NCBI GenBank assembly: GCA_037133055.1
Contig: JBAXOY010000028.1
Location: 1 to 28,465 of the forward strand
Length of the DNA stretch: 28,465 nt
Origin: Chlamydiota bacterium
GTDB taxonomy: Bacteria > Auribacterota > Tritonobacteria > UBA1439
Direction of reading: 5' to 3'
Shown: one piece after another, positions 17,196-28,465 of the stretch
Numbering within the stretch: position 1 is the first letter of the stretch
How the letters are laid out: each line of letters begins with the position of its first letter
Made by a program: the position numbers and the translations under genes
The notes under the pieces: generated by a model
Database searches by the model: none
Told to the model about the DNA's origin: nothing
Seen by the model: only the letters and a program-made list of their open reading frames with translations

Positions 17196-19292
17196 GTGGC
17201 CATCGAGCGGATGAAGAAACTCACTATCCTTTTCCCCGCGAAGGAGGGGGAGCGGGTGGAGGAGTGGCTCTACGCGAAAGGGGCGCTGCACCTCGATCGC
17301 ATCGAACGCGATTTCGCGAAAATCGCCGCGTCAGGGAGCCCGGTTTGCATCGACGATCAGGAGGCCGCGGAGCAGCTTTCCCGGGTAAAGGACCTTCTTG
17401 CCGAGTGCAACGCGGTGCATCCCCGTGAACGAAGCTTCCTGGACGCCATGCTCCCGGTGAAGGCGATCGTGCCCGCCCGCGAGCTGAACGAGGCCATGGC
17501 GACCGTGGACGTGGATGCGCTCCACTCGCGCGTCAGGGAAAAGGCGGAGGCCCGAAAGGACGCCGTCGGGAGATTGAACCTCGTGACCCGCGAGGGCGAA
17601 CTGCTCCGCGAATTCGACTTCGTCGACGTGCCCCTCTCGCGCCTGAAGGCCCTCTCCCGGACATTTTTCATCGTCGCGGAGGGCAGCCCCGCCAGGATCG
17701 AGAACCTCTCGAGAGACCGCGAGGCGGCCGCGTTTCTCGCCTGGGAAGTCAGAAGAAGGCGCGGGGAGAGGGTCACGGTCGCGGCGGCGGGCCTCAAAAG
17801 GGACGAGGTGAAGTGCGGCGACATCCTGCGCGCCCACGGCTTCCGGATCATGGAATGCCCGGACTGCGAGGGGACGCCCGCCGCGCGGCTGGAGGAGCTC
17901 CGCCGGGAGGAGGAGGCGCTGCGGGGAGAGATTGCGGCGCGGGACGCGGATATACGCGCCCTTCTTCCCGAGGCGGTCGCGCGGAAGATCGAGTGCCTCA
18001 ACGGACACTGGGAGAGCGAGAATCGCCGTGCCGTGCGGGCCAACGCCATGATCTGCTCGCGCGCGGTGGGAATCGCGCGCGGATACGCCCGCGCTTCCGA
18101 GGCCGGCGCGTTCGCCGACGCGGTCGAGAAAGAGTTTCCGGGATCAAGCGTCATCGTCGCCGACCCCGATCCCTCGGACAACGTGCCCGTTTCCATAACG
18201 CTCTCCCGATGGGCGCGCCCGGGACAGCTTTTGATCAACATGTTCGGCCTGCCAAACTACTTCACCTTCGACCCCACGCCGTTCCTGCTGTTCGTCTTCC
18301 TTGCGTTCTTCGGGATATGCTTCGCCGACGTGGTCTACGGCGCCCTGCTCATCTGGTGCTCCTGGAAGCTCATGAAACGCTACCGGGGGCAGGAGAACCT
18401 GCGGGAGTTTTTCCACCTCTTTCTCTACTGCGGGGTGAGCACCGTGATCTTCGGAGTGCTCACCGGGAGCTGGGCCGCCGACCTCTACAATCCCGAGTAC
18501 CTGGGCAAGGACAATATCCTTCTCCGGCTCGTGCAGAAGACCACCGTTCTCGACATGCTCGCCAAACCGGTCATTGCGCTCATGGTCGCACTCAGCATCG
18601 GCGTCCTGACCCAGTTCTACGGCATCGTGATGAGGATGTTGAAAGACTACCGGCAGAAGAACTGGCAGGGGGTCCTCTATGACGGGGTGCTCTGGCTCAC
18701 CTATCTCGGCGGTCTCCTGGTATTTGCCGTCTCGTCCATTTCCGGCGCGGGGGGCGCGGTGCTTGCCCGAGCGAGCATCATCATCGCGCTCGCGTCCATG
18801 GTCGGCCTGATCCTCACCCAGGGGCGCGATCAAAAAGGATGGGCGGCCAGGCTCGTCACCGGATTCGTGAGTCTGTACGGGATCCTGGGGGGGTACGGGA
18901 CCACCTCGTTCGTCGGCGACGTGCTTTCGTATTCACGGCTCCTCGCGCTGGGGCTCAACACCTACATCGTGGGGATGTCCTTCAACATCATCGCCAAGAT
19001 CACCCCCCAGATCATGATAAGCATGACGAGCATACTGTCCATTGTCCCGTTCCTCGCGCCGCTGGGGAATTTTCTGGCCCGGGTGCTGTCGAATTCCATC
19101 GCGGCGGGTTTGATCATCGCGCTGGTGATGATCGGCGGGCATCTGTTCAACTTCAGCATGAGCATCCTGAGCGCCTTCGTCCATTCGGCGCGCCTGATCC
19201 TGCTCGAGTTCTTCGGGCGCTTCTACCAGGGGGACGGCCGGTGGTTCGAGCCGCACGGCTTCTCCAGCGAGAGCGTGCAGCTCGACCCGTAG
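17196..19292 (+). CDS. ntpI: V/A-type ATPase subunit I (a)
   Basis: MAIERMKK start, FDPTP, FFGICFADVVYG, GDVLSYSRLLALGL, HSARLILLEFFGRFY. Confidence 0.95.
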   Translation: MAIERMKKLTILFPAKEGERVEEWLYAKGALHLDRIERDFAKIAASGSPVCIDDQEAAEQLSRVKDLLAECNAVHPRERSFLDAMLPVKAIVPARELNEAMATVDVDALHSRVREKAEARKDAVGRLNLVTREGELLREFDFVDVPLSRLKALSRTFFIVAEGSPARIENLSRDREAAAFLAWEVRRRRGERVTVAAAGLKRDEVKCGDILRAHGFRIMECPDCEGTPAARLEELRREEEALRGEIAARDADIRALLPEAVARKIECLNGHWESENRRAVRANAMICSRAVGIARGYARASEAGAFADAVEKEFPGSSVIVADPDPSDNVPVSITLSRWARPGQLLINMFGLPNYFTFDPTPFLLFVFLAFFGICFADVVYGALLIWCSWKLMKRYRGQENLREFFHLFLYCGVSTVIFGVLTGSWAADLYNPEYLGKDNILLRLVQKTTVLDMLAKPVIALMVALSIGVLTQFYGIVMRMLKDYRQKNWQGVLYDGVLWLTYLGGLLVFAVSSISGAGGAVLARASIIIALASMVGLILTQGRDQKGWAARLVTGFVSLYGILGGYGTTSFVGDVLSYSRLLALGLNTYIVGMSFNIIAKITPQIMISMTSILSIVPFLAPLGNFLARVLSNSIAAGLIIALVMIGGHLFNFSMSILSAFVHSARLILLEFFGRFYQGDGRWFEPHGFSSESVQLDP

Positions 19293-19300
19293 GACGGTTC

Positions 19301-19327
19301 AATCAGTGTAATCCGCGTAATCCGCGG
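19301..19327. repeat. Nonamer tandem between subunits I and K
   Basis: AATCAGTGT AATCCGCGT AATCCGCGG. Confidence 0.7.
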
Positions 19328-19337
19328 TCAACGATGA

Positions 19338-20489
<1,152 letters not shown>

Positions 20490-20506
<17 letters not shown>

Positions 20507-21440
20507 AACGGCCGCGGAGTGGGGCTATGTCTCCGGAAGGTGCGCATCCCTCGAGGGAAGCCTCCTCGACGCGGGCTTCTTCAGGGAGCTCCTCCGCGCC
20601 CGCACCGCCGCCGAGGCGCACGCCCTGCTCTCGAAAACGACCTACGCGGGGCTGTTCCCCCACCCCGCGACGCTCGACGCCTACGACCGCCTTCTAAAGA
20701 ATCATCTCCGCGACGGCCTCCATTCGCTGCAGGCGGGGAGCCCGCCGCAAAGCCCGATGGAGATCCCGCTCAGGGAGATGGAGCTCCAGGATGTCCACGA
20801 GCTCCTCGCGAGACAGGGCCTCGCGCGGGCGTCCGGGGACGAGGTGGAGCGGTGGGCGGCCAGGCTCGGCGGAGGGTTCCCCTGGCTCGGGGGGTTCGCG
20901 GTCCCCGCGGAGCGCAGGTCCCTGTTCGCCTCGCAGCCGGTGCGCGCCCTGTCGCTCTGGGTCGACGCGGCGTATCTCGCGGAGATGATCGCGCTCGCCG
21001 AGAAGCAGCCCGGGTTTTCCCCCTATGTGGCCGCCCTCGTGTCCCTCACGGCGCTCGAGGTATGTTGGCGCGCGTTCCGCGGCGGGCTGGGCATTGACTG
21101 GCTCGACGGGTTCTTCCTCCGCGATCCCCTGCCGATTCCCCCGATGGGGTCGCTCGCGGCTGCGGGACGCGAGAGATCGCCCGCCGCCCTGGTGAAGCTC
21201 CTCGGCCCGCCTGATTTTGCGCCGCCGATGGATGATCTTGCGGAGAACTTCGGGCGCGAGGCGGACGATTACCTGACGCGCATCGCGCGTCGAGGCGCGT
21301 ACGAGGTCTGCGGCCCGGGGCGGGTCCTGTATTACGCGCGACGGCTATGGGTCGAGCAGTTCAACCTGAGGCTCTGCATCGCAGCGGTGCTCACGCCGCT
21401 TGACCGGAGGCAGGCGCGGGCGAGGTTGAGAAGTGGCTAA
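20490..21440 (+). CDS. ntpC: V/A-type ATPase subunit C (d), divergent
   Basis: YVSGRCASLEGSLL N-terminus, LSKTTY, C-terminal EQFNLR...RARLR; lies between E and F. Confidence 0.75.
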
Positions 21441-21810
21441 GGGACGGGTTTACGTGATCGGCGGCGCGCAGGTCATCCTCCCCTTCAGGGCGGGCGGTGG
21501 CGTCCTCCGCCCGGCCGAGGACGCGGCGGGCGTGAGAAGCGCCCTCGACGAGGTCGCCGCGGAGCCGCCGGGCTCGCTCGTGCTCATCACCGGGGAGGCG
21601 GCGGCGCTTGACGCCGACGCGGTGCGGGACTTCGAGGATGAGGGGGCTCACGCGATCCTGGTCATCCCGACGCGCCTGAGCGACAAGAGCGCGGGGCTCG
21701 AGCGGATGCGGGGGATGATCATACGCTCTGTGGGGGTGGACCTGATCGCGCGGTCCCCGTCGGCCGCCATCGGCGAGGAGATCAGGCTCGGCGAGGAAGA
21801 GGAAGAGTGA
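21433..21810 (+). CDS. V/A-type ATPase subunit F
   Basis: VYVIG...PFRAGG, ILVIP, RSVGVDL; canonical position. Confidence 0.85.
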   Translation: MAKGRVYVIGGAQVILPFRAGGGVLRPAEDAAGVRSALDEVAAEPPGSLVLITGEAAALDADAVRDFEDEGAHAILVIPTRLSDKSAGLERMRGMIIRSVGVDLIARSPSAAIGEEIRLGEEEEE

Positions 21811-21835
21811 AAGAAGCTTCAAAGTACGGATATTC

Positions 21836-21911
21836 ACCACGGAGATCACGGAGGAAGGGGAGCCGATTGAAGCCGATCATCTGTCTCCGTGGATTCTGTG
21901 CGCTCCGTGGT
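21836..21911. repeat. Inverted nonamer arrays between subunits F and A
   Basis: ACCACGGAG ATCACGGAG (21836-21853) versus CTCCGTGGA TTCTGTGCG CTCCGTGGT (21885-21911); AGCCGAT x2 in the loop. Confidence 0.85.
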
Positions 21912-21942
21912 AATTCGTTGAAATGAATCAAGGAGAATCAGG

Positions 21943-23721
21943 ATGAACGGGAAAAGGATCGAGGGGAAGATCGTGAAGGTGAGCGGACCGCTCGTGGTGG
22001 CCGAGGGGCTCGGGGACACCCGGATGTATGAGATGGTGCGCGTGGGGACAATGGGCCTGTTCGGCGAGGTGATCGAGATACGATCCGGGCGCTTCTCCAT
22101 ACAGGTGTACGAGGAGACGGGCGGAATCGGTCCCGGCGAGCCGGTCGTCTCGACCGGGGCGCCGCTCACGGTCGAGCTCGGCCCCGGCCTCATCACCTCG
22201 ATCTTCGACGGGGTCCAGCGGCCGCTCGACGCCCTCCGGGTCAAGTTCGGCGACTTCGTGGTGCGCGGGGCCGAGGCGCCATCCCTCGACCGGAGCACAA
22301 AATGGCATTTCGTCCCCCGCGTGAAGAAGGGAGACCGGGTCGTGGGCGGGGACATCGTCGGCGTCATTCCGGAGACCCCCATCATCGAGCACCGCGTCAT
22401 GGCGCCCCCGGGGTGGGAGGGGACGATCGAGTCCATCGCCGAGAAGGACCTGACTATCGAAGAAACCGCCGCGGTGCTGAAATGCGCGGACGGGATGAAG
22501 ACGCTCTCCCTTCTCCAGAAGTGGCCGGTGCGGACTCCGCGGCCCGTGAAAAGGCGTATCCCCCCGGAGGCGCCGCTCGTCACGGGGCAGCGGGTGCTCG
22601 ACATGCTTTTCCCCATCGCCAAGGGCGGAACCGCCTGCGTCCCCGGGCCCTTCGGGAGCGGGAAGACCGTCGTCCAGCACCAGCTCGCCAAGTGGGCCGA
22701 CGCGGACCTGATCGTGTACGTGGGGTGCGGCGAGCGGGGCAACGAGATGACCGAGGTGCTCATCGAGTTTCCCGAGCTCGCGGACCCGCGGTCGGGAAGG
22801 CCGCTCATCGAGCGGACGATCCTCGTCGCCAACACCTCCAACATGCCGGTCGCGGCGCGCGAGGCGTCGGTCTTCACCGGCATCACGATGGCCGAGTATT
22901 ACCGGGACATGGGCTACAGCGTGGCCCTGATGGCGGATTCGACCTCGCGGTGGGCCGAGGCGATGCGCGAGATGTCCGGCCGGCTCGAGGAGATGCCGGG
23001 CGAGGAGGGATTCCCCGCCTACCTTTCCTCGCGAATCGCGAGCTTCTACGAGCGCGCCGGCCGCGCGGTGTGCGCGGGGAGCGTGGACCGGGAGGGAAGC
23101 CTCTCGGTGATCGGCGCCGTGTCGCCCCCCGGGGGCGATCTCTCCGAGCCGGTGGTCCAGGCGACGCTCCGCGTGGTGAAGGTCTTCTGGAGCCTCGACG
23201 ACAAGCTCGCCGGGCAGCGGCATTTTGCGGCGATCAACTGGCTCTCGAGCTACTCGCTGTACCAGGACCTCGTGGACACGTACTGCAACGGGCATGTGAA
23301 CGGGTACTGGGCGAAGAACCGCCAGGAGGCCATGGCGCTCCTCAAGCGCGAGTCCGAGCTCGAGGAGCTCGTGCGGCTCGTCGGCATGGACGCCCTCTCC
23401 GCCCAGGACCGCCTCCTCCTCGAGGCCTCGAAGATGATCCGGGAGGATTTTCTCCACCAGAACGCCCACGACCCGGTGGACACTTACACCTCGCTCCCCA
23501 AGCAGTTCGCGCTCCTCCAGATCATCCTGTTCTTCTACCACTGGGCGTACCAGGCGATCGCGGTGGGGGTGGAGCTGGATGACATCATCGCGCTCCCCGT
23601 GCGCGCCGAGATCTCCCGGGCGAAGGGGATCCCGGAGAACGAACTCGGGAAGATTGAGGAGCTCAAGAAGAGGATTCACGCGTCGATCGATGCCCTCAAA
23701 CCAAGCGGAGAAAAATCATGA
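21943..23721 (+). CDS. ntpA: V/A-type ATPase catalytic subunit A
   Basis: Walker [40 protein letters not shown]. Confidence 0.98.
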   Translation: MNGKRIEGKIVKVSGPLVVAEGLGDTRMYEMVRVGTMGLFGEVIEIRSGRFSIQVYEETGGIGPGEPVVSTGAPLTVELGPGLITSIFDGVQRPLDALRVKFGDFVVRGAEAPSLDRSTKWHFVPRVKKGDRVVGGDIVGVIPETPIIEHRVMAPPGWEGTIESIAEKDLTIEETAAVLKCADGMKTLSLLQKWPVRTPRPVKRRIPPEAPLVTGQRVLDMLFPIAKGGTACVPGPFGSGKTVVQHQLAKWADADLIVYVGCGERGNEMTEVLIEFPELADPRSGRPLIERTILVANTSNMPVAAREASVFTGITMAEYYRDMGYSVALMADSTSRWAEAMREMSGRLEEMPGEEGFPAYLSSRIASFYERAGRAVCAGSVDREGSLSVIGAVSPPGGDLSEPVVQATLRVVKVFWSLDDKLAGQRHFAAINWLSSYSLYQDLVDTYCNGHVNGYWAKNRQEAMALLKRESELEELVRLVGMDALSAQDRLLLEASKMIREDFLHQNAHDPVDTYTSLPKQFALLQIILFFYHWAYQAIAVGVELDDIIALPVRAEISRAKGIPENELGKIEELKKRIHASIDALKPSGEKS

Positions 23722-25097
23722 GGAAGGAATACCTGACGGTCGAAAACATCGTCGGCCCGCTCATGCTGGTGCAGTCCGTGAGCGGCGTCTCCTTCGCGGA
23801 GATCGCCGAGATCATCATGCCCGGCGGCGCCGTCCGGCACGGCCAGGTCCTCGAGGTGCACGAGGACAAGGCGCTCGTCCAGGTCTTCGAGGGAACGAGC
23901 GGCCTCACCCCCGGCGAGGTGCGCGTCAAGTTTCTGGGCAAGGGTCTCCAGATCGGGCTCTCCCGCGACATCGTCGGGAGGATGTTCGACGGGTTCGGCA
24001 GGACGATCGACGGAGGCCCCCCGCTCATCCCCGAGAAATACCTCGACGTGAACGGCGTCCCGATCAACCCCGAGGCGCGGGACTACCCGATGGAGTTCAT
24101 CCAGACCGGGATATCCACCATCGACGTCCTGAACACGCTCGTGCGGGGCCAGAAGCTCCCGATCTTCTCCGGCTCGGGGCTCCCGCACTCCCGCCTCGCC
24201 GCCCAGATCGCGCGCCAGGCGAAGGTGCTGAAGACCGGCGAGCAGTTCGCGGTGGTCTTCGCGGCGATGGGCATCACCTTCGAGGAGGCGAACTTCTTCA
24301 TGCGGGAGTTCGAGAAGACGGGCGCCCTCGAGCGGGCGGTCCTCTTCATCAACCTGGCGAGCGACCCGCCGATCGAGCGGATCGCCGTGCCGCGGCTGGC
24401 GCTCACTGCCGCCGAGTACCTTGCCTACGAGCTGGGGATGCACATCCTGGTCGTGCTCACGGACATGACGAACTACTGCGAGGCGCTCCGCGAGGTCTCG
24501 GCCGCGCGGAAAGAGGTGCCGTCCCGCCGCGGCTACCCCGGCTACCTCTACACCGACCTCTCGATGATCTACGAGCGGGCCGGGCGGATCAAGGGGAAGA
24601 AGGGGTCGATCACGCAGATGCCGATCCTCACCATGCCCGAGGACGACAAGACGCACCCGATCCCCGACCTGACCGGCTACATCACGGAGGGGCAGATCAT
24701 GCTCTCCCGCCCCCTGCACACCGAGGGGATCTACCCGCCGGTGGACGTGCTGCCCTCCCTCTCGCGCCTCAAGGACCGCGGCATCGGCGAGGGGAAGACG
24801 CGCGAGGACCACGCGGGGGTGATGAACCAGCTCTACGCCGCCTACGCGCGCGGGAGGTCGGCGAAGGAGATCGCCGTGGTGCTGGGCGAGTCCGCCCTGA
24901 CGCCGATCGACCTCCTCTACGTGAAGTTCTCCGAACGGTTCGAGAAGGAGTTCATCGCCCAGGGGGAGAACGAGAACCGGGAGATCACGGCCTCCCTTGA
25001 GATTGGCTGGCGGCTGCTCGGTATGCTGCCCGCGACGGAGCTGAAGCGGATCAAAGAGGAGTACATCGCGAAGTACTATCCCGGGGAGAAGAAATAG
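23718..25097 (+). CDS. ntpB: V/A-type ATPase subunit B
   Basis: [50 protein letters not shown]. Confidence 0.98.
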   Translation: MRKEYLTVENIVGPLMLVQSVSGVSFAEIAEIIMPGGAVRHGQVLEVHEDKALVQVFEGTSGLTPGEVRVKFLGKGLQIGLSRDIVGRMFDGFGRTIDGGPPLIPEKYLDVNGVPINPEARDYPMEFIQTGISTIDVLNTLVRGQKLPIFSGSGLPHSRLAAQIARQAKVLKTGEQFAVVFAAMGITFEEANFFMREFEKTGALERAVLFINLASDPPIERIAVPRLALTAAEYLAYELGMHILVVLTDMTNYCEALREVSAARKEVPSRRGYPGYLYTDLSMIYERAGRIKGKKGSITQMPILTMPEDDKTHPIPDLTGYITEGQIMLSRPLHTEGIYPPVDVLPSLSRLKDRGIGEGKTREDHAGVMNQLYAAYARGRSAKEIAVVLGESALTPIDLLYVKFSERFEKEFIAQGENENREITASLEIGWRLLGMLPATELKRIKEEYIAKYYPGEKK

Positions 25098-25116
25098 CCG
25101 CGGCAGGTCCTCAACC

Positions 25117-25743
25117 ATGCAGATTCTCGTCAACCCGAACCGGATGGAGCTCCTGAAGCTTCGCAAGCGGCTGGACCTCTCCATCCGCGGCCATCATCTC
25201 CTCAAGGAGAAGCTCGAGGGGCTGGTGAAGGACTTCATGCCGCTCGTCGACGCCTACCGGCGGAAGCGGGGGCAGATGGACCAGCTCATCCCCCGGACGC
25301 TCAACCTCTTCGCCCTCGCCGCGGCCACCTCGTCCGGCGAGGCCGTCTCGCTCGCGCTCGAGGAGTGCCGGGGCGAGGCGGAGATCACCGCCGAGACGAG
25401 GAAGGTCATGGGCGTGAGCTCGCCGTCGTTCAGGATGGGCGAGTTCCGCGTCGAGATGGCCTACAGCCTCGTCGCCACCCCGCCCGAGCTCGACCTCGCC
25501 GCCTCCGAGCTCGGCTCCCTCCTCCCGAAGATCATCGAGCTCGCCTCCCTCGAGGAGCTCCTCCGCCGCCTCGCCCGCGAGATCGAGAAGACCCGCCGCC
25601 GCGTGAACGCCCTCGAGTACGTGATGATCCCCGGGATCACCCGCACCAAGAAGATCATCGAGGCGAAGCTCGAGGAAGCCGACCGCAGCTCCCGCGTCCG
25701 CCTGATGAAGGTGAAGGAGATGCTCGAGGCGCGCGGGATGTAG
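25117..25743 (+). CDS. ntpD: V/A-type ATPase subunit D
   Basis: NPNRMELL, RGHHLLKEK, EIEKTRRRVNALEYVMIP. Confidence 0.96.
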   Translation: MQILVNPNRMELLKLRKRLDLSIRGHHLLKEKLEGLVKDFMPLVDAYRRKRGQMDQLIPRTLNLFALAAATSSGEAVSLALEECRGEAEITAETRKVMGVSSPSFRMGEFRVEMAYSLVATPPELDLAASELGSLLPKIIELASLEELLRRLAREIEKTRRRVNALEYVMIPGITRTKKIIEAKLEEADRSSRVRLMKVKEMLEARGM

Positions 25744-25823
25744 CGATTCTTCCCAACCGGGAGTGTCCGGGAGGGGGCTCGCCCCTATCGCCCGCAGCAG
25801 GCATCGCCCGGAGACGGTGTACT

Positions 25824-25859
25824 CCATAAGAAAAGATAGACCCGTATCTTTTCTTATGG
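25824..25859. repeat. Perfect AT-rich 15-bp inverted repeat upstream of the R-M gene
   Basis: CCATAAGAAAAGATA-gacccg-TATCTTTTCTTATGG. Confidence 0.9.
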
Positions 25860-25886
25860 GGCGCGCAAAGAAAGGATTTATCTCTC

Positions 25887-28430
25887 ATGCCGGATTCTCC
25901 ATTTGACGTTTCCTTCGCCAGGGTCAAGGAACTCGCTGCCACGTTCAAGGCAAACGAGGCCCGCTATCTCTCGCCCCATTACCAGGAGGCGGAGGCCCGG
26001 AAGGATTTCATCGACAAGTTCTGGATCGCGCTCGGGTGGGACGTGAATCACGACCGCCAGACGAATCCCTACGAACAGGAAGTCAAGGTCGAGCGCACCG
26101 TGCACGCCGGGGGACAGAGGCGGGCGGATTACGTATTCTACCTCGCCCCCAATTTCCGCGATCCCCGCTTCTTTGTGGAGGCCAAGAAGCCCGCGGTCGA
26201 AGTCGGCACAAAAGAGGGTTATTTCCAGCTCATACGCTACGGCTGGAACAGCCGGACCCCCCTGGCGGTCATCACCGATTTCGAGCAATTCCATATTCTC
26301 GACTGCCGCTATAAGCCGGATCTCGCGACCGCCCTGAACTGCGCCGTGGCGAAATATCACTACTCGGACTACACCGATCGGGAGAAGTTCTCGAAGATCT
26401 ACTGGATATTCTCGCGGGAGGCGATTTCAGGCGGTTCACTTGAGAAACGCGCGGCCGAGCTGCGGGAGCCCCGCGGCAAGACCGCAAAGCGCGGCCTGTA
26501 CCCCGGCAGCCATCAAAGCATTGACGAGTCTTTCCTCAAGGAACTGGACGACTACCGGATCGCGGTGGCCCATGCCTTCAAGGCCGGAAACCTTCGCCTC
26601 GACAGCGGGACGTTGACCGAGATCACCCAGCGCGCTCTCGACCGGCTTGTCTTCATGCGGTTTCTCGAGGACAAAGGCATAGAGCTGCGCCGCCACGTGG
26701 AAAAATTCGGCGAGAAGGGCTCGGCATGGGAGGATTTCATCGCCGCCTCACGGCGGCTCGACGGCATCTACAACGGCGTCGTCTTCAAGCAGCACGGCAT
26801 CCTCGACGCCCCGAATTTCCGCGTGGATTCCGCCGCGTTCGCCGCCGTCTGCAAGAGCCTCGGCCACGCCGATTCGCCCTACGACTTCGACGCCATACCC
26901 ATCCACATCCTCGGGTCGATTTATGAACGCTTCCTCGGCAAGGTCATCGTCGCTACGGACAAGCGGGTGCGCATCGAGGACAAACCCGAGGTCCGCAAGG
27001 CGGGCGGGGTTTATTACACGCCCGAGTACATCGTGCGCTACATAGTCGAGAACACCGTCGGCAAGCTCATCGCCGACAAGCCACCCGAAAAAATCGCCGA
27101 GTTGAGATTCGCCGATATCGCCTGCGGCAGCGGCTCATTCCTTCTTGGAATATACGATCTCCTGCTGATCAGCCACGGGAAATATTATAACGCGCTCGGC
27201 CCGAAAGAGAGGGCGCGCTGCGTCAAACGCGGCGACTGCGTGGAGCGCGACGGAAAGCTCTATCTCTCTCTGCGCAAGAAGCGCGAGATCCTGCTCAACA
27301 ACATCTACGGCGTGGATTTGGACTCGCAGGCCGTCGAAGTCTGCCAGCTCTCGCTCTACCTGAAGCTCCTCAAGGACGAAACCCCCGCCACCGCCCACCA
27401 ATACCTGCTGGATTTCGAGCACACGGCGCTGATGAAGAAGCTGCTGCCCGACCTGAGCAGGAACATCGTCTGCGGCAACTCACTGATCGGCACCGACATC
27501 CTGGAGGGCCAGCTTTTCGCCGGCGAGGAGGAGCGGAAACTCAACCCCATGAACTTCGAGGACGCCTTCCCCGAGGTCATGAAGCGCGGCGGCTTCGACG
27601 CCATCGTCGGCAATCCGCCGTATATTTTTACACGTGAAACAATCACAGTCCGGGAACGGAAGTATTACTCGGGTAAATATGCGTTAAGCTGGGAAAAACA
27701 GAACACATTCATGCTTTTTATGGAGCGCCTGCTCCATCTAATACGTCCAACTGGCAGGGGAAGCTATATTGTACCGAATTCTTGGCTCACGATCGAAAGC
27801 GCAAAGCTGTTACGAAAGCGTTATCTGTTTCATCTGCGGAGGGTTATCGATCTCAACTATCCTGTTTTTCACGGCGTTTCCATGGAACCATCTATCTTCG
27901 TTGTTGGCGGCGCCAAGAATGATGATTCCATCGAATTATCCAGAATCAAATCATCCGAAGAGTTGTCCTCGGCAAATTATGTCTGCACAGACAGACTACG
28001 GCTCCAAAAACATAACCGCATTGTGTTCCATGAAAGTAATTCAGTGAGTGATCTTGTCGAGCGCATTATTGCGATGACAAAACCTCTTGGAGAGCTGTTT
28101 GACGTTCGTACAGGGCTTCAAGCTTATGAAAGAGGTAAAGGCAATCCGCCTCAGACTGCCGAAGATGTCAGAAACCACATTTTTGACCGGCAACATTGTG
28201 AGAACTCACATAGCATACGCTATCTGGAAGGCAGAGACGTAGAGCGTTATAGGATCCATTGGTCAGGATTGTGGATGCAATATGGCCCGTGGCTTTCACA
28301 ACCACGTGAGATCGGGATTTTTACCAGACCGCGGATTTTACTCCGCGAAATTACAGGACAATCCCCGTATTGTCTTAATTACATGTATGCCGAGAAGCAG
28401 TTCCTGAATAATGTCCTAGCGACCAGATGA
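25887..28430 (+). CDS. Fused type IIG (Eco57I-like) restriction endonuclease / N6-adenine methyltransferase, possibly C-terminally truncated
   Basis: PD-(D/E)xK-like RADY...FVEAKK; GVYYTP; motif I DIACGSGSF; motif IV GNPPY; TaqI_C-like region (LEGRDVERY, PRILLREI). Confidence 0.88.
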   Translation: MPDSPFDVSFARVKELAATFKANEARYLSPHYQEAEARKDFIDKFWIALGWDVNHDRQTNPYEQEVKVERTVHAGGQRRADYVFYLAPNFRDPRFFVEAKKPAVEVGTKEGYFQLIRYGWNSRTPLAVITDFEQFHILDCRYKPDLATALNCAVAKYHYSDYTDREKFSKIYWIFSREAISGGSLEKRAAELREPRGKTAKRGLYPGSHQSIDESFLKELDDYRIAVAHAFKAGNLRLDSGTLTEITQRALDRLVFMRFLEDKGIELRRHVEKFGEKGSAWEDFIAASRRLDGIYNGVVFKQHGILDAPNFRVDSAAFAAVCKSLGHADSPYDFDAIPIHILGSIYERFLGKVIVATDKRVRIEDKPEVRKAGGVYYTPEYIVRYIVENTVGKLIADKPPEKIAELRFADIACGSGSFLLGIYDLLLISHGKYYNALGPKERARCVKRGDCVERDGKLYLSLRKKREILLNNIYGVDLDSQAVEVCQLSLYLKLLKDETPATAHQYLLDFEHTALMKKLLPDLSRNIVCGNSLIGTDILEGQLFAGEEERKLNPMNFEDAFPEVMKRGGFDAIVGNPPYIFTRETITVRERKYYSGKYALSWEKQNTFMLFMERLLHLIRPTGRGSYIVPNSWLTIESAKLLRKRYLFHLRRVIDLNYPVFHGVSMEPSIFVVGGAKNDDSIELSRIKSSEELSSANYVCTDRLRLQKHNRIVFHESNSVSDLVERIIAMTKPLGELFDVRTGLQAYERGKGNPPQTAEDVRNHIFDRQHCENSHSIRYLEGRDVERYRIHWSGLWMQYGPWLSQPREIGIFTRPRILLREITGQSPYCLNYMYAEKQFLNNVLATR

Positions 28431-28465
28431 TGAGACCGTGAAAATGGAGAAAATGGGTAACACTC

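Noticed and set aside
21943..23721. Intein in ATPase subunit A
   Set aside because: Normal length (592 aa) and continuous motifs around Walker A and GCGERGNE.

Overview
GC-rich bacterial chromosome segment, probably from a diderm (it encodes an OM beta-barrel-like protein). In order it holds: tRNA-Ala(GGC) with a ~1-kb integrase-less islet at its 3' end; leuC-leuD-leuB-asd-truA; a DUF308/porin-like/PHP gene trio; an isolated ribosomal protein L3 gene followed by an unannotated 33-aa basic ORF; two exported proteins; a reductive pyrimidine catabolism cluster (preT-preA-dihydropyrimidinase-class III aminotransferase) with no ureidopropionase; a complete V/A-type ATPase operon (H/G-I-K-E-C-F-A-B-D) with a Na+ signature; and a fused type IIG-like restriction-modification gene with a compositionally foreign C-terminus. 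The best novelty candidate is the tRNA islet. There one AT-richer lipoprotein gene sits like a cassette between two same-orientation copies of a GGGGTCA...TGACCCC long hairpin, one perfect and one scrambled by micro-duplications. Next are five intergenic elements built from 7-10-nt periodic units (often as inverted arms), and the orphan L3 plus micro-protein unit. All calls come from reading motifs by eye; no searches were run.
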